The position numbers and the translations under genes were made by a program. From Hyphomicrobiaceae bacterium (GTDB lineage: Bacteria; Pseudomonadota; Alphaproteobacteria; Rhizobiales; Hyphomicrobiaceae), in assembly GCA_035253505.1 (NCBI GenBank), contig DATFCC010000021.1, forward strand, positions 1-40,030: a stretch of 40,030 nt of DNA, read 5' to 3'. Positions within the stretch are counted from its first letter, which is position 1, and each line of letters starts with the position of its first letter. The notes under the pieces were generated by a model. That model saw only the letters and a program-made list of their open reading frames with translations. It did not search any database and had not been told where the DNA came from. Positions 8,514-16,495 of the stretch are shown here, piece after piece.

Positions 8514-8555
8514 TTGGCTGTCCTGTAGTGCACCGGCGGAGAAGCGAGGCGCTCC

Positions 8556-8990
8556 ATGAAATCGCAAATCCCCCAATCCCTCGCCGATGCCATCGCCCGT
8601 CTTCACGCTGCCATGGCCAAGGTTGCCAACGGCGACACCTCGGCCATCCGTGCGCTCTACTCCCATCGCGATGACGCCACCAGCTTCTACGGATGGGGCG
8701 GCTACGAGAAAGGCTGGGACGCGGTGGCCCGGCGCTGGGACTGGGCCGGCGAGCAATTCAAGGGCGGGACCGTCAGCTACCAGAGCGTGACGGTGCTTGC
8801 TGCGGACGGCCTCGCCTGCCTGACCGACATCGAGACCTTCAAGGTGCGCATGAAGGACATGGACCAGCCGACGCAATGGTCCAACCGCGTCACCCATGTC
8901 CTGCGCCTGGAGGCTGGCGAATGGCGCCTGGTGCACCGTCACGCCAACCGTCTCGAGGACCGCTACCAGCCCGCCGCCCGCTTGCGCTAG
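8556..8990 (+). CDS. SnoaL/NTF2-like (DUF4440-type) small protein
   Basis: ORF 8556..8990(+). Good third-position GC codon pattern. Matching features are ...AMAKVANGDTSAIRALYSHRDDATSFYGWGG... and a C-terminal W-R-L-V-H-R-H-A-N, which resembles NTF2-like cone-fold proteins. The family call is tentative. Confidence 0.65.
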   Translation: MKSQIPQSLADAIARLHAAMAKVANGDTSAIRALYSHRDDATSFYGWGGYEKGWDAVARRWDWAGEQFKGGTVSYQSVTVLAADGLACLTDIETFKVRMKDMDQPTQWSNRVTHVLRLEAGEWRLVHRHANRLEDRYQPAARLR

Positions 8991-9114
8991 CCGCTGCCCG
9001 CGGCCGCGCCGCGTGGCTCCGCCGCATCGCCGCCGGAAGCTTCGCGCCGCCCATCTCTTGCGCTAACGCCCGCGGCGGCAGAGAAAGGGCCATGGGATGG
9101 CAGGAGGTGGGCGC

Positions 9115-9789
9115 ATGTCGTTGCTCGCATGGTTGCGGCGCCTGGCCGTATCGATGGGGGTGGGCGCGACGAGCTACGCCATCATGCTCGCCATCATGAT
9201 CGTGTCGGTCCTGTACGACCGGCAGGCCGAGCCCTTCATCACCGCCGCCTCCGAGTTCGGCCGCTCGATCGTGCACTGGCTCGATTCCCTGGTATCGGGC
9301 AGCTACTGGGGGCAGATCGCGGTGAACCACATTCGCGAGCGGGTCAACATGACCCACGTGGTCCTGTCGATCCCTGCGATCCTGATCGCCAGCATCGTGG
9401 TGGGCATGCCGCTCAACAAGCTGCTGGGCGGCACCCGCACGTTTCTGCAGCGCATCATCATCGCCCTCACGAGCGTGCCGGCCACCGTGCTGCTCGCCGT
9501 CGTGCTCTTCAGCTTCAACGCCCTGGTGCCCGATACCTATGCCGCGCTGCTGCGGTTCGCGGATGCGGTTTGGCTGGCATCGCTCAATGCGCTGAGCGCC
9601 TGGGGCGACACCATCCCCGGTGCACGAGCGCTGACCAACCTGGCGAGGCAGGGCACGAACGGCCACCACTACGTCATCATGGCGCTGTGCGGCATGGTCG
9701 CGTCCTTCCTCGTCAACGCGATCTTCGCATTCTCCTTCCGCCGGCGGGGCGATCAGGCCGAGGACTCTTTTCCGCACCGCGCCGCTTGA
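9115..9789 (+). CDS. Hypothetical integral membrane protein
   Basis: ORF 9097..9789(+). The ATG at 9115 lies 7 nt after GGAGG. Strong third-position GC bias. Several hydrophobic spans are present (SYAIMLAIMIVSVLY, VVLSIPAILIASIVVGMPL, IIIALTSVPATVLLAVVLFSF, VIMALCGMVASFLVNAIFAF). I recognise no family. Confidence 0.65.
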   Translation: MSLLAWLRRLAVSMGVGATSYAIMLAIMIVSVLYDRQAEPFITAASEFGRSIVHWLDSLVSGSYWGQIAVNHIRERVNMTHVVLSIPAILIASIVVGMPLNKLLGGTRTFLQRIIIALTSVPATVLLAVVLFSFNALVPDTYAALLRFADAVWLASLNALSAWGDTIPGARALTNLARQGTNGHHYVIMALCGMVASFLVNAIFAFSFRRRGDQAEDSFPHRAA

Positions 9790-10148
9790 GATCAATCCCA
9801 TGCGCGCACGGTTGCCGCGCCGCTTGGCTCCTGCGCACGGGGGCCGTGGCGCATCCGTGCTCACGTGAGGATTTGGATGTTCAAGCCCGCAGCTTGCATT
9901 ATCATGCACCGTCAGATATCCAACAGGCATAAAAATGCATGTCGACTTGGGGTCTAGCGGGGAGTCCCACCGTGCTGACGCACGTCCACCTCCAAACGAG
10001 CCCGACCGCTATCCCCGCCGCGGACTCAGCCCAAGCCGCGCCAGGGTAAAGTCGATCATGTACTTTCGTGAGAAGAGCGACGGTGGGCACGCTTGAGGTT
10101 GATGCGCCTTTTATCCGTCGTGCAAGAAAAGCCGTAAGGGAGGAGAAC

Positions 10149-11360
10149 ATGAAATCGAGCATCGCCGGCAACACTGGCAAGAAAACCAAGGGCGCAGCGC
10201 TCGCGCTCGGGGCGCTGTTGTCGCTGGCGGCCGGCCCGGCCATGGCGCAGGGCAAGACCGTCAAGATCGGCTTCGTCAGCACATTCAGCGGTCCCACCGC
10301 CGTGATCGGCAACGACATGCGCAACTCCTTCGAGCTGGCGCTCGATCACATCGGCCGCAAGATGGGCGGCCTGCCCGTCGAGGTGATCTACGAGGACGAC
10401 CAGCAGAAGCCCGAGGTCGGCAAGCAGAAGACCGAGAAGCTGGTGCAGTCGGACAAGGTCGATTTCGTCGTCGGCTACATCTGGTCGAACGTGCTGCTGG
10501 CGTCCCTGAAGCCGGTGCTGGATGCGCAGACCTTCCTGATCAGCGCCAACGCCGGGCCATCGCAGATCGCCGGCGAGCTGTGCTCGCCGTTCTTCTTCTC
10601 CACGTCCTGGAACAACGACCAGACGCCGCAGGCCGTCGGCGAATACATGAACCAGAAGGGCGTCAAGACCGCCTACCTGCTTGGGCCCAACTATGCTGCC
10701 GGCAAGGACATGCTGGCCGGCGTCGCTTCCACCTTCAAGGGCAAGGTGATCGGCGAGGACCTGACGAAATGGCCGGACCAGCTCGACTTCTCCGCCGAGC
10801 TGTCGAAGATCAAGGCCGCCAAGCCGGATGCCCTGTTCGTGTTCTATCCGGGCGCTGCCGGGGTGCAGTTCCTCAACCAGTACGTCCAGGCGGGTCTCAA
10901 GGGACAGGTTGCGCTCTATACCGCCTTCACCATCGACTCTCTGTCTCTGCCGCGGCAGGGCGAGTTCGCGCTTGGCGTTCCTGGCGCTCAGCAATGGGTC
11001 AACGACCTGCCGAACGATGCCAACAAGAAGTTCGTCGCCGACTTCAAGGCCAAGCACAAGGCCTACCCGTCGTTCTACGGCGCCCAGTCCTATGACGCCG
11101 TCGGCCTGATCAACAGCGCCGTGGTGGCCGTGAAGGGGGACCTCTCCCAGAAGGACGCCATGCGCAACGAAATGCGCAAGGCCAACTACAAATCCGTCCG
11201 CGGGCCGTACAAATACGGCAACAACCACTTCCCCATCCAGAACTTCTACCTGCAGGATGTGGTCAAGGACGCCGACGGCATGCTGACCCTCAAGACAGTG
11301 GCGATCATCGTCAAGGACAGCCAGGACAAACATCACGACAAGTGCCCCATGAAGTGGTGA
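10149..11360 (+). CDS. ABC transporter periplasmic substrate-binding protein, Leu/Ile/Val-binding (LivK-like, type I PBP) family
   Basis: ORF 10068..11360(+). The ATG at 10149 follows GGGAGGAG. The signal peptide ends ...LAAGPAMAQGK. Matching blocks are VKIGFVSTFSGPTAVIGNDMRNSFELALD, DFVVGYIWSNV and YPSFYGAQSYDAV. Confidence 0.9.
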   Translation: MKSSIAGNTGKKTKGAALALGALLSLAAGPAMAQGKTVKIGFVSTFSGPTAVIGNDMRNSFELALDHIGRKMGGLPVEVIYEDDQQKPEVGKQKTEKLVQSDKVDFVVGYIWSNVLLASLKPVLDAQTFLISANAGPSQIAGELCSPFFFSTSWNNDQTPQAVGEYMNQKGVKTAYLLGPNYAAGKDMLAGVASTFKGKVIGEDLTKWPDQLDFSAELSKIKAAKPDALFVFYPGAAGVQFLNQYVQAGLKGQVALYTAFTIDSLSLPRQGEFALGVPGAQQWVNDLPNDANKKFVADFKAKHKAYPSFYGAQSYDAVGLINSAVVAVKGDLSQKDAMRNEMRKANYKSVRGPYKYGNNHFPIQNFYLQDVVKDADGMLTLKTVAIIVKDSQDKHHDKCPMKW

Positions 11361-11387
11361 GAGCGAGTCATCGGTGCGGTGCGCGTT

Positions 11388-11503
11388 CCCTCTCCCCGCT
11401 CTTCAGTGGGGAGAGGGTTAGGGTGAGGGGCAGAAGCTCGCTCCGACGTGGGCGTGTGCCGCCGCCCCTCACCCTAACCCTCTCCTCGTGGGCGGGGAGA
11501 GGG
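11388..11503. repeat. Paired inverted REP-like elements, family B, between the binding-protein and permease genes
   Basis: CCCTCTCCCCgctcttcagtGGGGAGAGGGTTAGGGTGAGGGGC ... GCCCCTCACCCTAACCCTCTCCtcgtgggcGGGGAGAGGG. These are two hairpin-bearing copies in opposite orientation that together form one large palindrome. Confidence 0.8.
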
Positions 11504-11536
11504 AGATCACGACATTAGGGCCCGTCCCGCGCGGCC

Positions 11537-12454
11537 ATGCTGCTCCTCATCGAACAGTTCCTCAACGGATTGCAGCTCGGGCTCCTGCTGTTCCTGCTGG
11601 CGGCCGGCCTGACGCTGGTGTTCGGCATCATGGACCTCGTCAATCTGGCGCACGGCTCCCTCTACATGATCGGCGCCTACTTCGCGGCGACCTTCACCGC
11701 TCTCACCGGATCGTTCTTCGGCGGCGTGCTCCTGGCGCTGGCGGCGACACTGCTGGTCGGCATGGCGGTGGAGGTGGTGGCCATGCGCCGCCTCTATGGC
11801 CGCGACCATCTTGACCAGGTCCTCGCCACCTTCGGCCTCATCCTATTCTTCAACGAGCTGGTGCGGCTGATCTGGGGCCCGGCCGGCATGAACCTCACCC
11901 TGCCCCTCTGGCTGAATGCGGCCGTCCAGATCCTGCCGGGCGTCAGCTACTCGATGTACCGCCTGTCGATCATTCTCGTCGCGCTGCTCGTCGCGCTGCT
12001 CCTGTACGTCGTCATCATGCGCACGCGCGTCGGCATGCTGGTGCGCGCCGGCGCCTCCAACCGCGAGATGGTCGGCGCGCTCGGCATCAACATCAAGCTG
12101 CTCTACACCTTCGTGTTCGGCGTCGGCGCGGCGCTGGCGGGACTGGCCGGGCTGATGCAGGCCGCCATCCTCACCGCCCAGATCGGCATGGGCGAGAACA
12201 TCCTTATCCTCGCCTTTGTCGTCATCATCATCGGTGGCATCGGCTCGATCCGCGGCGCCTTCGTCGCCTCCATCATGGTCGGCCTGATCGACACCATCGG
12301 CCGCTCGTTCCTGCCCGACCTCCTCAAGGCGCTGCTGAGCCCGGCCGCCGCCTCCACCATGGCGCCGGCGCTGTCGTCGATGCTCATCTACCTGATCATG
12401 GCCGTGGTCCTCGTGCTGCGTCCCGAAGGCCTGTTTCCGGCAGCCAACCGATGA
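11537..12454 (+). CDS. Branched-chain amino acid-type ABC transporter permease (LivH-like)
   Basis: ORF 11537..12454(+). Polytopic membrane protein. Starts MLLLIEQFLNGLQLGLLLFLLAAGLTLVFGIMDLVNLAHGSLYMIGAY and contains GSIRGAF. Confidence 0.9.
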   Translation: MLLLIEQFLNGLQLGLLLFLLAAGLTLVFGIMDLVNLAHGSLYMIGAYFAATFTALTGSFFGGVLLALAATLLVGMAVEVVAMRRLYGRDHLDQVLATFGLILFFNELVRLIWGPAGMNLTLPLWLNAAVQILPGVSYSMYRLSIILVALLVALLLYVVIMRTRVGMLVRAGASNREMVGALGINIKLLYTFVFGVGAALAGLAGLMQAAILTAQIGMGENILILAFVVIIIGGIGSIRGAFVASIMVGLIDTIGRSFLPDLLKALLSPAAASTMAPALSSMLIYLIMAVVLVLRPEGLFPAANR

Positions 12455-13446
12455 CCATCCCCTTCAACCTGCGAACGGGCTTCGTCGTCGCCCTGCTGGC
12501 GTTCCTGCTCTGCCTGCCCCTCTATACCGGCCTCACCGGCAACCTGTTCCTGCTGTCCGTGTTCACCCGCATCGTCATCCTGGCGATCGCCGCCGTCAGC
12601 CTCAACCTCATCATGGGCTACGGCGGCATGGTCAGCTTCGGGCATGCCGCCTACATCGGCGTCGGCGGCTATGTGGTCGGCATCCTCGCCTACGAGGGCC
12701 TCGCGTCGGGTTTCGTGCAGTGGCCGCTCGCCTTGCTGGCCTCGGCACTGCTGGCGCTGGCCATCGGCGCACTCAGCCTGCGCACGCGCGGCGTCTACTT
12801 CATCATGATCACGCTGGCCTTCGCACAGATGATCTATTACGTCGCCGTCGGTCTCGCCCGCTACGGCGGCGACGACGGTCTCACCATCTATCGCCGCAGC
12901 CAGTTCGCGGGCCTGATCGACCTCTCCAACAAGACCGTGTTCTACTACTTCTGCCTGGTGCTGATGGCGCTCAGCACCTACGGCGTGTGGCGCCTCGTCA
13001 ACTCGCGCTTCGGCATGGTGATCCAGGGTGCGCGCTCCAACGACCGGCGCATGCGGGCGCTCGGCTATCCCACCTTCCGCTACCGGCTCACCTGCTTCGT
13101 CATCTCCGGCACGCTGTGCGGCCTCGCCGGCATCCTGCTTGCCAACCACACGGACTTCATCAGCCCCGCCATGATGCACTGGACGCGTTCCGGCGACCTG
13201 ATCGTCATGGTGGTGCTGGGCGGCATGGGCTCGGTGTTCGGGCCGCTGATCGGCGCCGTGACGCTGCTGGTGCTGGAGGAGGCGCTGCCGGTCCTGATCA
13301 CCCTTGCCGCACGCCCCTTCATGGGGATCGACGCGGTGCGCGCCGGCGAGTACTGGCAGATCGTGATGGGGCCGCTGCTGCTGCTGATCGTGCTCTATGC
13401 GCGCGGCGGCATCGACGGCCTGCTCGGGAGTGCGCGCCGTGCCTGA
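12451..13446 (+). CDS. Branched-chain amino acid-type ABC transporter permease (LivM-like)
   Basis: ORF 12451..13446(+). Its ATG overlaps the upstream TGA as ATGA. Matching blocks are LNLIMGYGGMVSFGHAAYIGVGGY, RALGYPTFRYRL and GGMGSVFGPLIGA. Confidence 0.9.
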   Translation: MTIPFNLRTGFVVALLAFLLCLPLYTGLTGNLFLLSVFTRIVILAIAAVSLNLIMGYGGMVSFGHAAYIGVGGYVVGILAYEGLASGFVQWPLALLASALLALAIGALSLRTRGVYFIMITLAFAQMIYYVAVGLARYGGDDGLTIYRRSQFAGLIDLSNKTVFYYFCLVLMALSTYGVWRLVNSRFGMVIQGARSNDRRMRALGYPTFRYRLTCFVISGTLCGLAGILLANHTDFISPAMMHWTRSGDLIVMVVLGGMGSVFGPLIGAVTLLVLEEALPVLITLAARPFMGIDAVRAGEYWQIVMGPLLLLIVLYARGGIDGLLGSARRA

Positions 13447-14200
13447 GCCGCTGCTGCGCATCGACGGCCTCACCAAGCGCTTCGGCGGCGTCGTCGCCTC
13501 CGATGCGATCGTGCTGGCGGTGCCCACCGGCGAGCTGCATGCCATCATCGGCCCGAACGGTGCGGGCAAGACCACGCTCATCGGCCAGCTCACCGGCGAG
13601 GTGGTGCCGGACAGCGGCCGCGTCGAGTTCGCCGGGCAGGACATCACGGCGCTGCCCGGCTGGCGCCGCAGCGTCCTCGGGCTTGCACGCTCCTTTCAGA
13701 TCACCTCGCTGTTTGCCGACTTCACCGCGCTGGACAACGTGGCCCTGGCGGTCCAGGTGCGCGCCGGCAGCTCCTTCCGCTTCTGGCGCGATGCGCGCAG
13801 CGAGCCGGAGTTGCGCGAGCCCGCCCGCGCCGCGCTCGCCCGCGTCGGCCTGGAAAAGCGCGCCGACACGATCGTCGCCAGCATGAGCCACGGCGAGCAC
13901 CGCCAGCTCGAGATCGCCATGGCGCTGGCGACCGAGCCCCGCATGCTGCTGCTCGACGAGCCGATGGCCGGCATGGGACCCGAAGAATCGGCGCGCATGG
14001 TGGGGCTGCTGCGCGAGCTGAAGTCCGGGCTCACCATCCTGCTCGTCGAGCACGACATGGAAGCGGTGTTCGCGCTCGCCGATCGCATCACCGTGCTCGT
14101 TTATGGCCGCGTGATCGCCACCGGCGCGCCCGATGCCATCCGGGCCAACGTGGACGTCCGGCAGGCCTACCTCGGCGACACGGAGGTGGCCGGTGCCTGA
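13439..14200 (+). CDS. ABC transporter ATP-binding protein (LivG-like)
   Basis: The GTG at 13439 (GTGCCTGA) overlaps the livM-like stop. Walker A is GPNGAGKTT, the signature is MSHGEHRQLEIA and Walker B is LLLLDEPMAGM. Confidence 0.9.
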   Translation: MPEPLLRIDGLTKRFGGVVASDAIVLAVPTGELHAIIGPNGAGKTTLIGQLTGEVVPDSGRVEFAGQDITALPGWRRSVLGLARSFQITSLFADFTALDNVALAVQVRAGSSFRFWRDARSEPELREPARAALARVGLEKRADTIVASMSHGEHRQLEIAMALATEPRMLLLDEPMAGMGPEESARMVGLLRELKSGLTILLVEHDMEAVFALADRITVLVYGRVIATGAPDAIRANVDVRQAYLGDTEVAGA

Positions 14201-14909
14201 CGCGCCGCTCCTCGAGATCGCCGCCATTGAGACCCGCTACGGGCGCAGCCAGGTGCTGTTCGGCGTGTCGCTGGCCATCGCCGCCGGGGAGGTCGTGACG
14301 CTGATGGGCCGCAACGGCATGGGCAAGACCACCACCGTGCGCTCGATCATGGGCCTGACGCCGGCCGTCGCCGGCTCGATCCGCTTCGCCGGGCAGGAAA
14401 TCCGCGAGCTGCCCTCCTATCGCATCGCCCAGCTCGGCATCGGCCTCGTGCCCGAGGGCCGCCAGGTGTTTCCCAACCTCACCGCGCGCGAGAACCTCGT
14501 CGCCACCGCCGCCAGCCGTGCCGAGGCTCGGGATGCCTGGTCGCTGGAGAAGGTCTGCACCCTGTTTCCCCGGCTCGAGCAGCGCATCTCCAGCATGGCC
14601 AACCTGCTCTCGGGCGGAGAGCAGCAGATGCTGGCCATCGGCCGCGCCCTCATGACCAATCCGCGCCTGCTGATCCTCGACGAGGCCACGGAAGGCCTGG
14701 CACCGCTGATCCGGGCGGAGATCTGGCGCTGCCTCGGCGAGCTCAAGGCGCAGGGCCTCGCCATCCTGGTCATCGACAAGAACGTGCAGGCCCTGACGCG
14801 CCTGGCCGACCGCCACTACCTGATCGAGCGGGGCCGCGTGGTGTGGACCGGCCCATCGGAGGAGCTCGCCCGATCGCCGGACATCCAGCACCGCTATCTC
14901 GGCATCTGA
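14193..14909 (+). CDS. ABC transporter ATP-binding protein (LivF-like)
   Basis: The GTG at 14193 (again GTGCCTGA) overlaps the upstream stop. Walker A is GRNGMGKTT, the signature is LSGGEQQMLAIGRAL and Walker B is LLILDEATEGL. Confidence 0.9.
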   Translation: MPDAPLLEIAAIETRYGRSQVLFGVSLAIAAGEVVTLMGRNGMGKTTTVRSIMGLTPAVAGSIRFAGQEIRELPSYRIAQLGIGLVPEGRQVFPNLTARENLVATAASRAEARDAWSLEKVCTLFPRLEQRISSMANLLSGGEQQMLAIGRALMTNPRLLILDEATEGLAPLIRAEIWRCLGELKAQGLAILVIDKNVQALTRLADRHYLIERGRVVWTGPSEELARSPDIQHRYLGI

Positions 14910-14938
14910 CCTGCCGCCCAAGCCCCACCGAACATGGT

Positions 14939-15033
14939 GTCATCCTCGGGCTTGTCCCGAGGATCCATGGTCTCGCGAATGCCTTCGGAGGCGCCGTCAA
15001 TGGATGGTCGGGACAAGCCCGACCATGACAACG
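14939..15033 (+). repeat. Composite REP-like intergenic repeat, family A-like variant
   Basis: GTCATCCTCGGGcttgtCCCGAGGATCCATGG ... TGGATGGTCGGGacaagCCCGACCATGAC. It has two 7-bp-stem hairpins framed by GTCAT...ATGAC, the same architecture as copies 1 and 2. Confidence 0.7.
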
Positions 15034-15163
15034 TTATGGGTGCAGCGCGTGACGGGCAACGCAAACTATGTGGGCTCTGAAAGCAGGAGCCGCCAGGACC
15101 GCGCTTGCCCTCGCCCATGGGCCAGGACTAGCTTCGATTTGAGCGCACCACGGAGATTTCGCC

Positions 15164-16495
15164 ATGATGAGCGCCGAGCAGAACGACCTGATCACGCGCA
15201 TCGGCCCCGGCACGCCCTGCGGAAAGCTGATGCGCAGCTACTGGCAGCCGGCGGCGCTCGTCGAGGAGCTCGCGGGCGAGCGGCCCGTCCGCCCGGTGCG
15301 GCTGCTCGGCGAGAGCCTCGTCCTTTTTCGCGACGAGCAAGGACGCTACGGCCTCCTCGACCGCCACTGCGCGCACCGCGGCGCCGACCTCGCCTTCGGC
15401 CGGCGCGAGCACGGGGGCTTGCGCTGCTCGTTCCACGGCTGGCTGTTCGATGCGGCCGGACGCTGCCTGGAGACGCCGGCCGAACCCGAGGGCAGCACGC
15501 TGTGCCAGCGCATCCGGCAGCCGGCCTATCCGGTCGTTGAGAAGAGCGGCATCCTGTGGGCCTACATGGGAACGGGCGCACCGCCGGCCTTTCCCGCGCT
15601 CGACTGCTTCACCGCACCCGGCGCCTACACCTTCGCCTTCAAGGGCCTGTGGGAGTGCAACTGGCTGCAGTCGCTGGAAGTCGGCATCGACCCCGCGCAC
15701 GCCTCCTTCCTGCACCGCTTCTTCGAGGAGGAGGACAAGGCCAAGAGCTATGGCAAGCAGTTCCGCGCTGACTCCATGGATTCCGATATTCCGATGACCC
15801 GGCTCATGCGCGAGCACACCCGCCCGGTGATCGACATCGAGCCGACCGACTACGGCCTCAAGATCACCACCACGCGCCGGATCGACGACAAGACCACACA
15901 CGTGCGCGTCACCAACCAGGTATTCCCCCACGCCATCACCATTCCGCTGAGCCCGGAGATGATGCTCACGCAGTGGCACACGCCCGTCGATGACGAGAAC
16001 TGCTACTGGTACACGGTCTTCACCAGCTTCGGGAAACCCATCGACAAGGCCGAGATGCGCGCGCAGCGGCTCAAGGTGTACGAGCTGCCCGATTATCGCT
16101 CCAAGAAGAATCGCGCCAACGACTACGGCTTCGACCCGCACGAGCAGCAGACCAAGACCTATACGGGCATGGGCGAGGACATCAACGTCCACGACCAGTG
16201 GGCGGTGGAGGGCCAGGGCCGCATCCAGGACCGCACGCGAGAGAACCTGGGCACCTCCGACAAGGCCATCGGCGCCTACCGCCAGCTCCTGCGCCGGTCC
16301 ATCGAGCAGGTGGCCAAGGGCGAGCGGCCGGTGCTCGTGGTCGGCACCGAGGATGCCGCCCGCATTCGCGGTCCCATCACCATCGACGGCATCAGCACCA
16401 ACGGCAGCACCGTCGAGGCCTACGCCGTCGAGACCGACCGCAAGCGCCGCGACCGCGCCGAATGGCGCGCGGCAGGCGAGGCCGTGCGCCCATGA
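15164..16495 (+). CDS. Rieske [2Fe-2S] non-haem-iron oxygenase, alpha/catalytic subunit (phthalate-family-like)
   Basis: ORF 15164..16495(+). The Rieske motif is C-A-H-R-G-A-D-L...C-S-F-H-G-W. The mononuclear iron motif is NWLQSLEVGIDPAHASFLH (D-x2-H-x4-H). Confidence 0.9.
   Translation: MMSAEQNDLITRIGPGTPCGKLMRSYWQPAALVEELAGERPVRPVRLLGESLVLFRDEQGRYGLLDRHCAHRGADLAFGRREHGGLRCSFHGWLFDAAGRCLETPAEPEGSTLCQRIRQPAYPVVEKSGILWAYMGTGAPPAFPALDCFTAPGAYTFAFKGLWECNWLQSLEVGIDPAHASFLHRFFEEEDKAKSYGKQFRADSMDSDIPMTRLMREHTRPVIDIEPTDYGLKITTTRRIDDKTTHVRVTNQVFPHAITIPLSPEMMLTQWHTPVDDENCYWYTVFTSFGKPIDKAEMRAQRLKVYELPDYRSKKNRANDYGFDPHEQQTKTYTGMGEDINVHDQWAVEGQGRIQDRTRENLGTSDKAIGAYRQLLRRSIEQVAKGERPVLVVGTEDAARIRGPITIDGISTNGSTVEAYAVETDRKRRDRAEWRAAGEAVRP

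Noticed and set aside
8322-8528. 68-aa ORF (…NVMPTQVGIHASHS…PRLRGDDFALAVL)
   Set aside because: It is the read-through translation of the family A repeat at 8421..8513. Short ORFs over 14843..15118 and 38358..38797 are repeat-derived in the same way.
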